Below, one piece after another: positions 29,903-39,931 of a DNA stretch of 64,000 nucleotides. The number at the start of each line of letters is the position of its first letter. Position 1 is the first letter of the stretch. This DNA comes from Pseudomonadota bacterium (GTDB taxonomy: Bacteria; Bdellovibrionota; Bdellovibrionia; Bdellovibrionales; SG-bin7): assembly GCA_034439715.1 (NCBI GenBank), contig JAWXAY010000029.1, positions 147,435 to 211,434 on the forward strand, given 5' to 3'. Position numbers and translations under genes: made by a program. A model generated the notes under the pieces. That model saw nothing but the letters and a program-made list of their open reading frames with translations, was not told where the DNA came from and ran no database searches.

Positions 29903-31074
29903 ACTGGCGAAATCTCCAAAAAATCAGGAAAACTTTTATTTACCGCCCGAGGATCTGTAACTATCACATTGAGTCCAGCGGCTTTGGCTACTCCTGCTGC
30001 CATTACAAGCCGGTGATCGCGATCAGGGTCGAAAATAATGGCCGCTAGGTTTTCAAAATCTAGATTTTGTTTCTTACCATAAATTATTATTCCGTCTAAA
30101 GTCTCTGTGCACTGCCGACCCATCAGTCGAATTAGCTCTGCTGTTTTTCGAATTCTATGAGATTCTTTATATGCCAGGTGGGCGGCGCCATAGAGTTGAG
30201 ACTTACCTTCGGCCAAGGCACAGAGCACCGAGAGCACAGGAAACATATCAGGGCAATTCGACAAATCCAAAGAAATAGGTAATAAGGCATCTGCCTTCTT
30301 TACTAAAAGGACGCTATCTTGAATTTCCACTCCCGCACCCATTTTTTTTAGAACTGTCACAAATTCTGAATCTGGTTGCAATCCTTCCCACGAAAAATCC
30401 CTAATGCGAGCTTGACCCGCGACGGTGGCGAGGGCCGCAACCGAGAAAGCAGAACTCATATCAAGTTCCGTGAGCGTCCAGTCCACAAATGGCTTTTGTT
30501 GAGAGGGCACGGTGATCGATTCACTCTGAATAGTAATCTTCATTCCTAATTTTTTAGCGAGCTTCAATGACATTTGCCAATAGCCATCAGAGACGGTTTC
30601 GCCCATCCAAGAGATTTTTATACTATGATTCAACAACCAACTGTTCAATAAAAGTGAGGAGGCAAACTGACTGGAGTTTGATCGATCAACTATGATCTCT
30701 AAGTTCTTGTCCGGCCAGTCGGTACTTTCGACAACAATTTTACCGTCAATAAAATAGATCCTGGCGCCTAGCTGGGCGAGAATATGAGCGAGCTCGGTAT
30801 GAGGTCGCGTCATCAAACGCTTGCTTCCAGAAATAAAGTGGCGCCCCGGAATTCGAGATGCGCGCAAAACCAAACACCTTAGGGCCATGGCCGAGTCGCC
30901 ACAATCAATGGGATCGCTATTAAAAAGTTGTTTCAATCCACTAGCCATCTTAATGACATCATCACAAGTAAAAAATGGCGACACAGATTCCTCAGTCACA
31001 TAACTTTCGCATAAAGAAAGTCGCAATAAAATCGATTTAGAAGGAGGAATATGACCATCAAAATTAAAACTCAT
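29899..31074 (-). CDS. aroA: EPSP synthase
   Basis: SKS, SSQFAS, KESHRI, DHRLVMA and KSFPDF motifs. Confidence 0.92.
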   Translation of the reverse strand: MSFNFDGHIPPSKSILLRLSLCESYVTEESVSPFFTCDDVIKMASGLKQLFNSDPIDCGDSAMALRCLVLRASRIPGRHFISGSKRLMTRPHTELAHILAQLGARIYFIDGKIVVESTDWPDKNLEIIVDRSNSSQFASSLLLNSWLLNHSIKISWMGETVSDGYWQMSLKLAKKLGMKITIQSESITVPSQQKPFVDWTLTELDMSSAFSVAALATVAGQARIRDFSWEGLQPDSEFVTVLKKMGAGVEIQDSVLLVKKADALLPISLDLSNCPDMFPVLSVLCALAEGKSQLYGAAHLAYKESHRIRKTAELIRLMGRQCTETLDGIIIYGKKQNLDFENLAAIIFDPDRDHRLVMAAGVAKAAGLNVIVTDPRAVNKSFPDFLEISPV

Positions 31075-32105
31075 GGTCCCACCAAACCCTGGCGTATGGC
31101 CTCATCACAACATGCCTTAATGGTCATTTTTTTTAACAAGGGCTTGCCAATTCCCTTAATAAAAACAAATTCAATTTTATTGTCAGCAGTTCTCTTTTTG
31201 TCGCGCGCAATATGAGAAGCAAAAACCCCTTTTGAAATTCTTCGCGCCTTCATTTTTTTGATACCAAAAGGTCTAAACCATCGGGAATTAATTTTTTTAA
31301 AATCTGCGTCAGTCAAATATCCCAAACGTCGACTCCACTCACAGGCAAAAATCAAACCCTGAGCTACCGCCACACCATGAGGAAGATTTAACTGAGTCTC
31401 CAGTTCATGGCCAACTGTGTGTCCTAGATTTAAAACTCTTCGTAATCCCCTGGTTTCCAGAGGATCCAAGCGGACCACTTCACACTTGGCATTTATTATT
31501 TTTTTTAGCCCACAAAATTCTTTAAATGATAATTTCTTGCGGTTTGAAATTTTCTTCCAATCCTTAGGATTTATTGTAGAATTAAGAAGGCCCATTTTCA
31601 CAACCTCGCCTAAAACTTCGTTGCGTCTTTTTGCCGGCTGTGACAACAACAACTCTTTCACGACATAAACCTTTTCTGCTGGGTAAAATGTGCCAATCTG
31701 ATTTTTGGTATTTTCGACATTAAGCGCAGTCTTACCGCCATGAGCTGAATCAATCGCACTTAGCCATGTGCTAGGAATTTGAATCAGTCTAACGCCTCTT
31801 TTCAAAATACTGGCAACAAATCCGCCAAAGTCTCCAACGCTACCACCGCCAACAACTATGACTAATAGATCCCGTGAAAGATCTTTCGAAATTTTTAAAA
31901 TATTTTCTAGATGGCGCGGCAGTTGCCTTACAGACTTAATCTTTTCTCCACCTACGACACCATAAGTGCTCGAAAAAAACTTAAGCCATTTTTTAAAAGG
32001 AGGAGAGACTTTTAAAAGTTTGCGGTCATAAATGACGAGCACTTCTCTTCCCAATTGGGTACTTTTGGGAAGCTTTTCAGTAAAGAGAACTTTAGACATC
32101 TTCAT
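31071..32105 (-). CDS. aroB: 3-dehydroquinate synthase
   Basis: GGGSVGDFGGF, DSAHGGKT, LNLGHTVGH and HGVAVA motifs. Confidence 0.93.
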   Translation of the reverse strand: MKMSKVLFTEKLPKSTQLGREVLVIYDRKLLKVSPPFKKWLKFFSSTYGVVGGEKIKSVRQLPRHLENILKISKDLSRDLLVIVVGGGSVGDFGGFVASILKRGVRLIQIPSTWLSAIDSAHGGKTALNVENTKNQIGTFYPAEKVYVVKELLLSQPAKRRNEVLGEVVKMGLLNSTINPKDWKKISNRKKLSFKEFCGLKKIINAKCEVVRLDPLETRGLRRVLNLGHTVGHELETQLNLPHGVAVAQGLIFACEWSRRLGYLTDADFKKINSRWFRPFGIKKMKARRISKGVFASHIARDKKRTADNKIEFVFIKGIGKPLLKKMTIKACCDEAIRQGLVGP

Positions 32106-32262
32106 GGAATAGGGACCTCTTAAGAAACCTACACCGCAGAGTCAATCGGCACTTTACTATTTCAATATATTGAATATTTTGCGCTGCGCCATTCGGTGTC
32201 TTTGCAGTTGTGAACACGTGGCTTTTTGCCGAGAATATCTTGTAGTTTAAGGAGAGGGGGCG

Positions 32263-32694
32263 ATTATTAAAAAAAATCTTAAAATAGCAATTGAGACAGT
32301 AAAAGTATTGGATCCGGACTCCCAACGAACACTTTTAGAAAACCTTGCACAAAAAGATGCCACTCTTGCGGAACTTATTAAGAGTAGCCTATTTACATTT
32401 GACGATATCCACAAGATTAACCACAAAAGTGTGCCCTTGCTCTTTACTGAAATTCCCGAAAAAATGTGGTGTTTGGCTCTGCGAAAAGCTAACGATGAAG
32501 TCAAACTCCATCTATTTTCAAACTTGAGTGCTAGACGGGTTGAGCAGTTTAAAGAAGCTATAGAAAACCAAGGCTCCCAGCCACTTTCAAAGATACAAGC
32601 GGCACAAAAAGAAATTGTCGACAAGATTTTAGAACTCGAAAAAATTGGCAAAGTTTTTATCGTTCGCGGCGGCGACAAAGATCGTATGGTTTAA
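32263..32694 (+). CDS. Stand-alone FliG C-terminal domain protein
   Basis: LFTFDDI...ALRKA...NLSARR...AAQKEIV; frame open back to 32251, with a probable ATT start after an AAGGAG RBS. Confidence 0.8.
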   Translation: MIKKNLKIAIETVKVLDPDSQRTLLENLAQKDATLAELIKSSLFTFDDIHKINHKSVPLLFTEIPEKMWCLALRKANDEVKLHLFSNLSARRVEQFKEAIENQGSQPLSKIQAAQKEIVDKILELEKIGKVFIVRGGDKDRMV

Positions 32695-32820
32695 TAGGTT
32701 CCCGTTGGCTAAGAACTAATAATAGTCAATGCGCCCGAGACCAGAAATACCATTACTAATAAGTTTAATGCGACGTTGTTCCAAAAATGCTTAGATCTTA
32801 TTAATTTCACAATGATGACA

Positions 32821-33513
32821 TTAGCCACTATAAAGGCGCCAGTCAATAGGTTCCAAGCCATTAGCTGCTAAGTACTTGTTAGCCTTTGAAAAATGTTTGC
32901 AGCCAAAAAATCCTCGATAAGAAGACAAAGGCGATGGATGAGGTGCCGTCAGCACCATGTGCTTTTTTTTATCGATAAACTGACCCTTTTTCTGCGCGTA
33001 AGTTCCCCACAGCATAAAAACGACATGTTCCCGATTTTCGTTCAACTCACGAATTATCGTATCGGTAAATTCTTCCCAGCCGCGGCCCTGATGAGAAGCC
33101 GCTCGGCTTTTTTCTACACTTAACACTGAATTCAAAAGCAGAACTCCTTGTTCGGCCCACTTCGAAAGATTTCCATGCGGAAAATTTTCTGCCGCTAACC
33201 CCAAGTCAGAATGCATTTCTTTAAATATATTCAGGAGTGATGGGGGCGCGTCGATTCCTTTTAAAACTGAAAAGCAAAGGCCATGCGCCTGATTCAACCC
33301 GTGATAGGGGTCTTGCCCAATAATAACTACTTTCACTTTTTCAAATGGCGTGGTGTTAAGGGCACTAAAAAACTCGGAGCCCTTAGGGTAAATAATTTTC
33401 TTTTTTTTATATTCATCATGCAAAAATTTCTTTAATTTCTGCATGTATGGCTTAGAGAACTCGGGCAAAAGTCTTTCTTTCCATGCAGCCTCGAGTTTGA
33501 TACTGTCATTCAT
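32821..33513 (-). CDS. ung: Uracil-DNA glycosylase
   Basis: GQDPYH, HGLCFS, VLLLN and HPSPLS motifs. Confidence 0.97.
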   Translation of the reverse strand: MNDSIKLEAAWKERLLPEFSKPYMQKLKKFLHDEYKKKKIIYPKGSEFFSALNTTPFEKVKVVIIGQDPYHGLNQAHGLCFSVLKGIDAPPSLLNIFKEMHSDLGLAAENFPHGNLSKWAEQGVLLLNSVLSVEKSRAASHQGRGWEEFTDTIIRELNENREHVVFMLWGTYAQKKGQFIDKKKHMVLTAPHPSPLSSYRGFFGCKHFSKANKYLAANGLEPIDWRLYSG

Positions 33514-33687
33514 AAATAGGCCAATATCATGAGTTCAAAAATATTGCCAACAACCGTCTTGTTGGCAGATTGACGCTCAGCAAAATAAGTTGGACACCCT
33601 CTCTTTTTTACTAAGTGATAAATGAGCTTTGACTAACTCGCCCCCGAACTCTAAGTATTTTAGTTCAATCTTTATGGGGAGGGGTCC

Positions 33688-34548
33688 TTGAATAAAATTT
33701 TTTTAGCCATTCTTTTTGTGATGTCTTGTAATCCTGTTTTTGCTGTTGATGAAAGTTCTGTCGAAGCCCAAAGACTTTACTCAGAACGTGACTACTCAGC
33801 TCAAGGAGTAGCGAATGCCAAAGCGGCGGCCGAAATGTACGGTCGACTTGCGTCAGGTGCCAAAGGTAGCGAGTTATATGATTTAAAAACTGGTGAAGCA
33901 AAAGCATTTTACTTTGTAGGCAGCGCCAGCAAAACCAAAGAAGAAAAAATCGCTTTTTTTCAAATGGGAATAGACGCTTCAAAAATGGTCACGAAAGATT
34001 TTTTACCTGACCTTGCTGATGAAAAACTTGACCTTGAGGCCGAAGCAAAAAAGGTTTTAGCCAAACACACTCCTGCAGAAGTAGTTCAACTTGCTTTTGG
34101 ACTATACTACGCCGGAATCAATTTGGGCTCTTGGGCCGAAGCTAACGGTGTAATGCAAAGTCTTAAAAAGTGGCCGGAACTCAGAAGTAATATGTTAGTC
34201 ATACAACTCCTTGGTCATAAAGAGATTGCGCTGTTTGGGTCGAGCAGAGTTCTTGGACGAGCCTACTACAAACTTCCCAAAATTGCCGGCGGCGATATGG
34301 AAAAGGCCGGCAAGTATCTGAGCGAAGCCTTTGCTGGCTCGACTAACGCTAAGGGAGTAAGCTCCAACGGAAACAACAATATTTTTTGGGCTGAGTATTT
34401 AAATGAGATTGAAAAAGTAAATGATGCGAAACAAGTATTAAAAAACTTCATCGATTCCAATTTGAATGATTTAGATCCAGAGGCTCTTCCAGAAAATAAA
34501 AACCTTCAGCAGATTGCTAAGGCCATATTAGATCGCTGGGAAGAATAA
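33688..34548 (+). CDS. Secreted TPR-like protein (TatT-like)
   Basis: Signal peptide; LGRAYYKLPKIAGGDMEKA motif. Confidence 0.55.
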   Translation: MNKIFLAILFVMSCNPVFAVDESSVEAQRLYSERDYSAQGVANAKAAAEMYGRLASGAKGSELYDLKTGEAKAFYFVGSASKTKEEKIAFFQMGIDASKMVTKDFLPDLADEKLDLEAEAKKVLAKHTPAEVVQLAFGLYYAGINLGSWAEANGVMQSLKKWPELRSNMLVIQLLGHKEIALFGSSRVLGRAYYKLPKIAGGDMEKAGKYLSEAFAGSTNAKGVSSNGNNNIFWAEYLNEIEKVNDAKQVLKNFIDSNLNDLDPEALPENKNLQQIAKAILDRWEE

Positions 34549-34552
34549 ACTG

Positions 34553-35797
34553 ATGAGATACCGTCTTATAATAATATTAGCACTTCTAGGTGCACACGCT
34601 CTCGCGGATGGCTTGGGAGCGCCCACTGACTTTGAAAGTACATCTATTTTACCGAAAGGTATTCGAAACGTTAAGTTGTTGGCCTTCTCTACAGAGATCT
34701 TATCTAAATATGACTCTGGCAACAGCGTAAATTCTTTGGGAACAAAGTTTCAAAAAAACGTAACCTATAGCGATTTGTATAAAGGGAAACCGGCCAGTGA
34801 GCAGGCTCTCAGCAAGGGCTACATGCAGTCCATGGGTATCGAAAATCCTGAAACGACCACATTTGGATATACTACCGGTTACGCTAGCGCGCGGGTGACG
34901 GCAACAGTTCCCGTTTTTGCCTTCGGTGTCAGCGAAAAATGGACGACAGCAATTGCCATTCCCATAGTGTATACCAATACTTTTGTAGATACTGGTTTTG
35001 ATGTAACTCCTGGTGGCCAGGCTTTTTTTGGTAAATTGGCTGAAGATACTAATGTGAATAAAGCTAAGGCCGGTCTGCAAAAGACTTCAAATCCGGTGGC
35101 GGCTCAGGTTGCAGCCCTGGGTTACGAGCCGCTCGTGGGTCAATCGCAAACTTCGTTAGGTGATATTCGCTGGATTAATAAGTATTTAATTTCAAAAAAT
35201 ATCACTCGCTCGTTCCTGATCAAACAATTTGTAACTTTACCTACGGGAAAAGTAGCTAATCCTAATAATCTTATGTCCCTATCCACGGGTGATGGACAAT
35301 GGGATGTCGGCGCCGCCGCTGTTGCTGATTGGTATATGGCAAAAAGACTTTCGCTCACGACTCATTTGGATTATACGGCTCAGCTCCCAGATCACATTGC
35401 CAAGAGAATACCCGATTCGTCTGACAGTACTTTGTCTAGTGATACCGATTATAAAACTTATCGTAACCTAGGTGACCTTATCGGTGGAAGTTTAGCTCTA
35501 AAATATGAACCTCTTGAAACGACTACGATTGGTTTAGGTTATTCGGTACAACATAAGTATGGAGACAGGTACCGCGGTGGACAATATAGTCAATCGCGCT
35601 ACGATTATTTGACTAGCGATACAGACCAAGACATGCGAGCGATTTTGGCTGGGATTAACTTTAGTACAATACCTTTATTTCGAAAGAAAAGTTTTTCGGT
35701 GCCGTTAGAGGCAAAAATTAATCATACCGAAGTTATCGCTGGTCGAAATGTAGCAGCCGACTCAATAACTGCTCTTGATGTTTCTGTTTACTTTTAA
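34553..35797 (+). CDS. Outer-membrane beta-barrel protein (putative transporter)
   Basis: Signal peptide; LGDI..LPTG..GDGQWD motif; C-terminal aromatic VSVYF. Confidence 0.7.
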   Translation: MRYRLIIILALLGAHALADGLGAPTDFESTSILPKGIRNVKLLAFSTEILSKYDSGNSVNSLGTKFQKNVTYSDLYKGKPASEQALSKGYMQSMGIENPETTTFGYTTGYASARVTATVPVFAFGVSEKWTTAIAIPIVYTNTFVDTGFDVTPGGQAFFGKLAEDTNVNKAKAGLQKTSNPVAAQVAALGYEPLVGQSQTSLGDIRWINKYLISKNITRSFLIKQFVTLPTGKVANPNNLMSLSTGDGQWDVGAAAVADWYMAKRLSLTTHLDYTAQLPDHIAKRIPDSSDSTLSSDTDYKTYRNLGDLIGGSLALKYEPLETTTIGLGYSVQHKYGDRYRGGQYSQSRYDYLTSDTDQDMRAILAGINFSTIPLFRKKSFSVPLEAKINHTEVIAGRNVAADSITALDVSVYF

Positions 35798-35812
35798 TAT
35801 TTGGGAGAAATA

Positions 35813-36805
35813 ATGAGACTGGTTTTTATTTTGTTAGCTGTTTTTTCGATTTCCTGCTCAACTAAGCTGGGTTCAGTAACTAAAAACCCACCCTTTATGC
35901 CTGAAGGCGCTCTAAAAAAACCCACGTCAGAGGTTGGCAGCCTAAACTTAAAAAACATAAACATGATGGCAATCGGATATTCGTTTTCGGCTTTCCTTTG
36001 GCCCCTTAATCCCGTTTTTGGCCCACTAGATAAACTTGCCGAAGTAGTCGCCACGGAAAGTCGAAAGATTGATGTGCTCACAAAAGAATTTCGTGAACTT
36101 AGCAATCGGCTTGATATGGAAACCGCATATTGGACAAGTTTTCGCTGTAGCGCTGAAACTGACAAAATGGAAAAACGTGATGAGCTCGAAGACTGTGTAG
36201 CATTAATGACAGACGTCAAAAAAGGCGCGCATGAGGCCTGTGTCTGTATTGTTTCCAACGAACCAATACTAAAACTCAAACTCACTGGAAATGTCGATAG
36301 CCGAGATATGCTTGGCCAAAGAATTGCTAAACTAATTGAACAAGACACGGACGACAATGGCACGAATTGGCTTTTAGGCGGCACCATTGCCGGCAGTGGT
36401 GTGGGCTCAAAAGTTTCGGTTGCGGCCGACGAAAATGGCGTATTAAAAACCACTGTTCGACTTGAGAGCTTCGGAGCAGAAGGTGCTTATTATAAATCTA
36501 TCGATGTCCCCGATAACACTGAGCTAGATAAGTGCGGCCTACCAGAAGAATCCACCCCCGGTGAGTCTGGACGAATTATCTACACAAAGTACGATATTCA
36601 AACAAAGCTTTTGTCGTTCACACTTATTTCTAAAATTGAAACTGATGCTCCCGGAACTCGCTATGAGTTTGTGATGGAACGTGGTTTTGTTCCTAATGGT
36701 TCGCCCGATCTTACGCGATTTAAAGGTGACCTTCTTAAGAAAAACTGTGCGGGGCAAATTATAGGATTTGGCTCTGCCAAGTTCGACGGGCTTTGGACAT
36801 ATTAG
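35813..36805 (+). CDS. Hypothetical lipoprotein
   Basis: GGAG RBS; lipobox FSISC. Confidence 0.7.
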   Translation: MRLVFILLAVFSISCSTKLGSVTKNPPFMPEGALKKPTSEVGSLNLKNINMMAIGYSFSAFLWPLNPVFGPLDKLAEVVATESRKIDVLTKEFRELSNRLDMETAYWTSFRCSAETDKMEKRDELEDCVALMTDVKKGAHEACVCIVSNEPILKLKLTGNVDSRDMLGQRIAKLIEQDTDDNGTNWLLGGTIAGSGVGSKVSVAADENGVLKTTVRLESFGAEGAYYKSIDVPDNTELDKCGLPEESTPGESGRIIYTKYDIQTKLLSFTLISKIETDAPGTRYEFVMERGFVPNGSPDLTRFKGDLLKKNCAGQIIGFGSAKFDGLWTY

Positions 36806-36925
36806 ATACCTCAAAACCATCTCATACTGAAACACCTTAAAAAATAGTGTTTTGTAACGAGGCGAATTTAATCTGAAAATTTAATTTTGTTGGGACCTTA
36901 GTCCAGCTTGGTCTATAATGAAGAT

Positions 36926-37528
36926 GTGGATAAGAATCAGTACTTTAACCAGGCCGGCTATTCGCTGATAGACCTAATGATGGCGTCTGCGCTGTCTATT
37001 ATTATTATTTCAACTTGTTACTCAATAATGTTATTTCAGTTGGAACAACTGAGGGCCGTAAAAGCTCTTTATGCACAAAGTTTAGTATTAACCCGTGTCA
37101 AATTGGCAATTACCAAACAGAACATAATTGCGAGTGCCCAGGATTCGGAGAATAAAGAATTAAAGGCATGCCTCACTGGTGTTGATGGGACAGCTTGTTC
37201 GAGTTCTAATTCTTATTTTTTCAAGTTGATTGATGGCATCCCAGTTACGGGATTACCAGACAAAGAAGTTGGCTATAACTTGGATGGACAGCCCTGTGCA
37301 ATTGGAGTTACTTCAGATTGTATATTTAAATTGGGCACAACTTTTCGCGTGCAATGTCCTGATGATCTCGCAAACCCATTCTATCATCCGCAGACATGTC
37401 CTAGTCTTCCGAGTCTACTGAATGGACTTATCGAGGTTTACTTTGAGTTTGGTGTCGTGCAAAACAAAAATGCCCCTCAGATAGTAGGGCTTAAAACAAT
37501 TACCAGGTCGATAATAGTAAGAATGTAA
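36926..37528 (+). CDS. Type IV prepilin-like protein
   Basis: NQAG|YSLIDLMMA class III-like signal; TATAAT 6 nt before GTG 36926. Confidence 0.7.
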   Translation: MDKNQYFNQAGYSLIDLMMASALSIIIISTCYSIMLFQLEQLRAVKALYAQSLVLTRVKLAITKQNIIASAQDSENKELKACLTGVDGTACSSSNSYFFKLIDGIPVTGLPDKEVGYNLDGQPCAIGVTSDCIFKLGTTFRVQCPDDLANPFYHPQTCPSLPSLLNGLIEVYFEFGVVQNKNAPQIVGLKTITRSIIVRM

Positions 37529-37539
37529 GTGGGGAATTT

Positions 37540-38403
37540 ATGTTTTCTATAAAAAATCAAACGGGAACTTCACTAATCAGTGTAATGCTGGCAATAGGAT
37601 GCGTAGCCATAATAGTATCGGCTTCCTATACTTTTATTCTCAACTCACGAAAATCAACCGCCATGTTATTGCGCACTAATGTTAGGGATAAACTCCAAAG
37701 TACAATGAAAATGGTTATCCGTCTACCGACAGCGATAAGAGTAAGTCATGATAAACCCGGGAACGGGGCTTTGAAATCGTGCCTGAGGCCAAAGGTTGAG
37801 TTTGACCCAACAATCCTTGGGGATTGTATAAGTGGCAAAACCCAACCATTTAATCTATATGGTCCTATGGAAAGTACGGGTGGCGGTGTGGTCGCTTCTT
37901 CAGGGATGATCGCAGGCACGCCTTCTAAGCCAGTTGAATACAATCAAATGGGAAGCGCAATTTCTGCAATTGATTCGGTGGCAATGTCAGTCACATCATG
38001 GTTTACAGCATATTGTCCTCCAAAAACATTTTTAGGCCCACCCGCGGCCTTTTGTGATGTGGCTGAGATCATTGAAGTTAGTTATAAGATTGAATCTAAG
38101 TTTCCTACTGCTCAAGGGTCAATGCCACAACTAAGAACGGTGGAAGAAAGCATTGTTTACGCTGTGAAGGGAATTTCAAATCGTCCTCCCGCAATCGACC
38201 CTTTAGTGCCACCACCACCACCCGTGACGCCACCGCCAACTGTGTCACCACCGATAGCCGGCGGAGGGCCGCCGCAGGTACCACCGGCGCCGATTGACTG
38301 TCCCGGTAACACCGTTCAAATAGGACCTGGGCAATGTGCTTGTCCTGACGGTTTGACGCTTATTAGACCGCGCAAAGGAATCTGTGTGAGGCTTAGCATA
38401 TGA
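37540..38403 (+). CDS. Type IV prepilin-like protein with Pro-rich linker and Cys-rich tail
   Basis: NQTG|TSLISVMLA; PPPP linker; CPGN..C.CPDG..C tail. Confidence 0.7.
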   Translation: MFSIKNQTGTSLISVMLAIGCVAIIVSASYTFILNSRKSTAMLLRTNVRDKLQSTMKMVIRLPTAIRVSHDKPGNGALKSCLRPKVEFDPTILGDCISGKTQPFNLYGPMESTGGGVVASSGMIAGTPSKPVEYNQMGSAISAIDSVAMSVTSWFTAYCPPKTFLGPPAAFCDVAEIIEVSYKIESKFPTAQGSMPQLRTVEESIVYAVKGISNRPPAIDPLVPPPPPVTPPPTVSPPIAGGGPPQVPPAPIDCPGNTVQIGPGQCACPDGLTLIRPRKGICVRLSI

Positions 38404-38954
38404 CTAAAAATCAAAGTGGCGGTTTACTGATGTCTCTTATGCTATTCATGATGACATTAACGATTATCGTAACAATGGTTACAAACTTCTTTAAACTGAA
38501 TCGCCAAGTTCAGGCAATTGCGCAACAGGCTCAAACTAAGTCGGTGCTAAGGGCGGACCTGACGAGGTTAGCAAAAATTGAAGCGACGCTCCGTCTCAGT
38601 AGTAGGAACGCCAGCAATGCGCAGCTGCTAAAATGTATGCTGTCTCCCAGCGGATGTACTACATCGCAGCCACAAGAATTTATTTTAGCCTCTCCTGTTA
38701 AAGGTCAGCCACCCATTGCCGGAACAACTTCGAATCCAGTTGCCTATTCTAGTACTGGTGAACGGTGTACTAAACCCAAATTTGGTTGCGAGAATTTAGC
38801 GATTTCTTTTTTTGCTGTAAATTCTGGATTCGTTCAAATTTGGTTAGTTACTCAGACTTCTAGCGACAAGATTAAACTTAGGCCAAATCCGGATGTTGCT
38901 GTATCAGTAAATAATATTTTGAATTTAAAAACGGGTGATATCGCTTCATATTAA
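38400..38954 (+). CDS. Type IV prepilin-like protein
   Basis: NQSG|GLLMSLMLF; shares Cys motifs with the two upstream genes. Confidence 0.65.
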   Translation: MTKNQSGGLLMSLMLFMMTLTIIVTMVTNFFKLNRQVQAIAQQAQTKSVLRADLTRLAKIEATLRLSSRNASNAQLLKCMLSPSGCTTSQPQEFILASPVKGQPPIAGTTSNPVAYSSTGERCTKPKFGCENLAISFFAVNSGFVQIWLVTQTSSDKIKLRPNPDVAVSVNNILNLKTGDIASY

Positions 38955-39127
38955 GACGGTATTTAAATAAAACTGTCTAACCTCTATCTAATAGCACTTG
39001 GCCAAATTGCTACAGCCAACAACTCAATATTTTGATATACTGTAACTAGCTGAAAATACATAATAAAGTCCGAAGTTCTTTAGTGTGCTTAAGGCTACCC
39101 GAAGTTTAACTACAAAGGGGTGAAGCT

Positions 39128-39496
39128 GTGGATAATAGAAAACTAAATTATACTATTGAGGCTTTTGAAACTGAGCCAGAACTTAAGGCCCACATCTTTC
39201 AACTGGTAGCTGAAATCGAACCTTATTTGCTGCCAGGTTCGCATGTAGCCGTGTTTATTAACAGTAAGCCGTCAAACGAAGGTGAGCAGTTTTCAATAAC
39301 GTTGTCCCTAACGTCTGATGGCGCACGCATAGAAGCTAAGGGATTCTCAGAAAACGTGTTCGATGCTGCAACTGAGGCTAAGAACGCCTTAATGAGAAAA
39401 TTTGACAGCATTCAGGACTCAGTTGTTAATCCCCAGGAGCGCGAGAACGAAATTAAGAGCATTGTCAAAAACAAGGGCAGCCACATTTTACACTGA
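39128..39496 (+). CDS. HPF/RaiA-like ribosome-associated protein
   Basis: IEAKGFSENVFDAATEA resembles the HPF-fold helix; size fits. Confidence 0.55.
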   Translation: MDNRKLNYTIEAFETEPELKAHIFQLVAEIEPYLLPGSHVAVFINSKPSNEGEQFSITLSLTSDGARIEAKGFSENVFDAATEAKNALMRKFDSIQDSVVNPQERENEIKSIVKNKGSHILH

Positions 39497-39560
39497 TATT
39501 GCGAAGTGTTCTACTGTGCCCTATTGACTCGGGTTCAACCTTTGCTATAGAAACCTACCT

Positions 39561-39926
39561 ATGCCGGGACACAAGACTGAAAAAAAGAAAGACTTAGGTT
39601 ACTATCTTATTACGTACCGCGATCCCAAAGAAGAAAAGATTTTACAACTAAAAGCACATACGGTTAATGACTCGACTCTTGGTTTAAGTTTTGTTTCGAT
39701 TGCGGATTTTGTTTTTGATACCAAATCAGTTGTCGTCAGCCCCCAAGAAGATTACCTCAGAAAACGCTTTGAAAATATTAAGCGTCTGCATGTCTCCATT
39801 TATTCGATATTGTCGATTGAAGAAGTTGGAGAAAAAACCAATCTGAGCTTTGCCAATGACAAGTCCAATCTTGTGGTTTTAAACTCTAAACCCTCGCTAT
39901 CTCCCAAGCCGGCCCCGGCAAAGTAA
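39561..39926 (+). CDS. DUF1820-like protein
   Basis: FVSIADFVF...P.EDYLRKRFENIKR...IEEV pattern. Confidence 0.65.
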   Translation: MPGHKTEKKKDLGYYLITYRDPKEEKILQLKAHTVNDSTLGLSFVSIADFVFDTKSVVVSPQEDYLRKRFENIKRLHVSIYSILSIEEVGEKTNLSFANDKSNLVVLNSKPSLSPKPAPAK

Positions 39927-39931
39927 ATTAA

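Noticed and set aside
39050..39110. Repeated CCGAAGTT upstream of the HPF-like gene as sigma28 promoters
   Set aside because: Poor -10 match and no convincing -35 at 15-nt spacing
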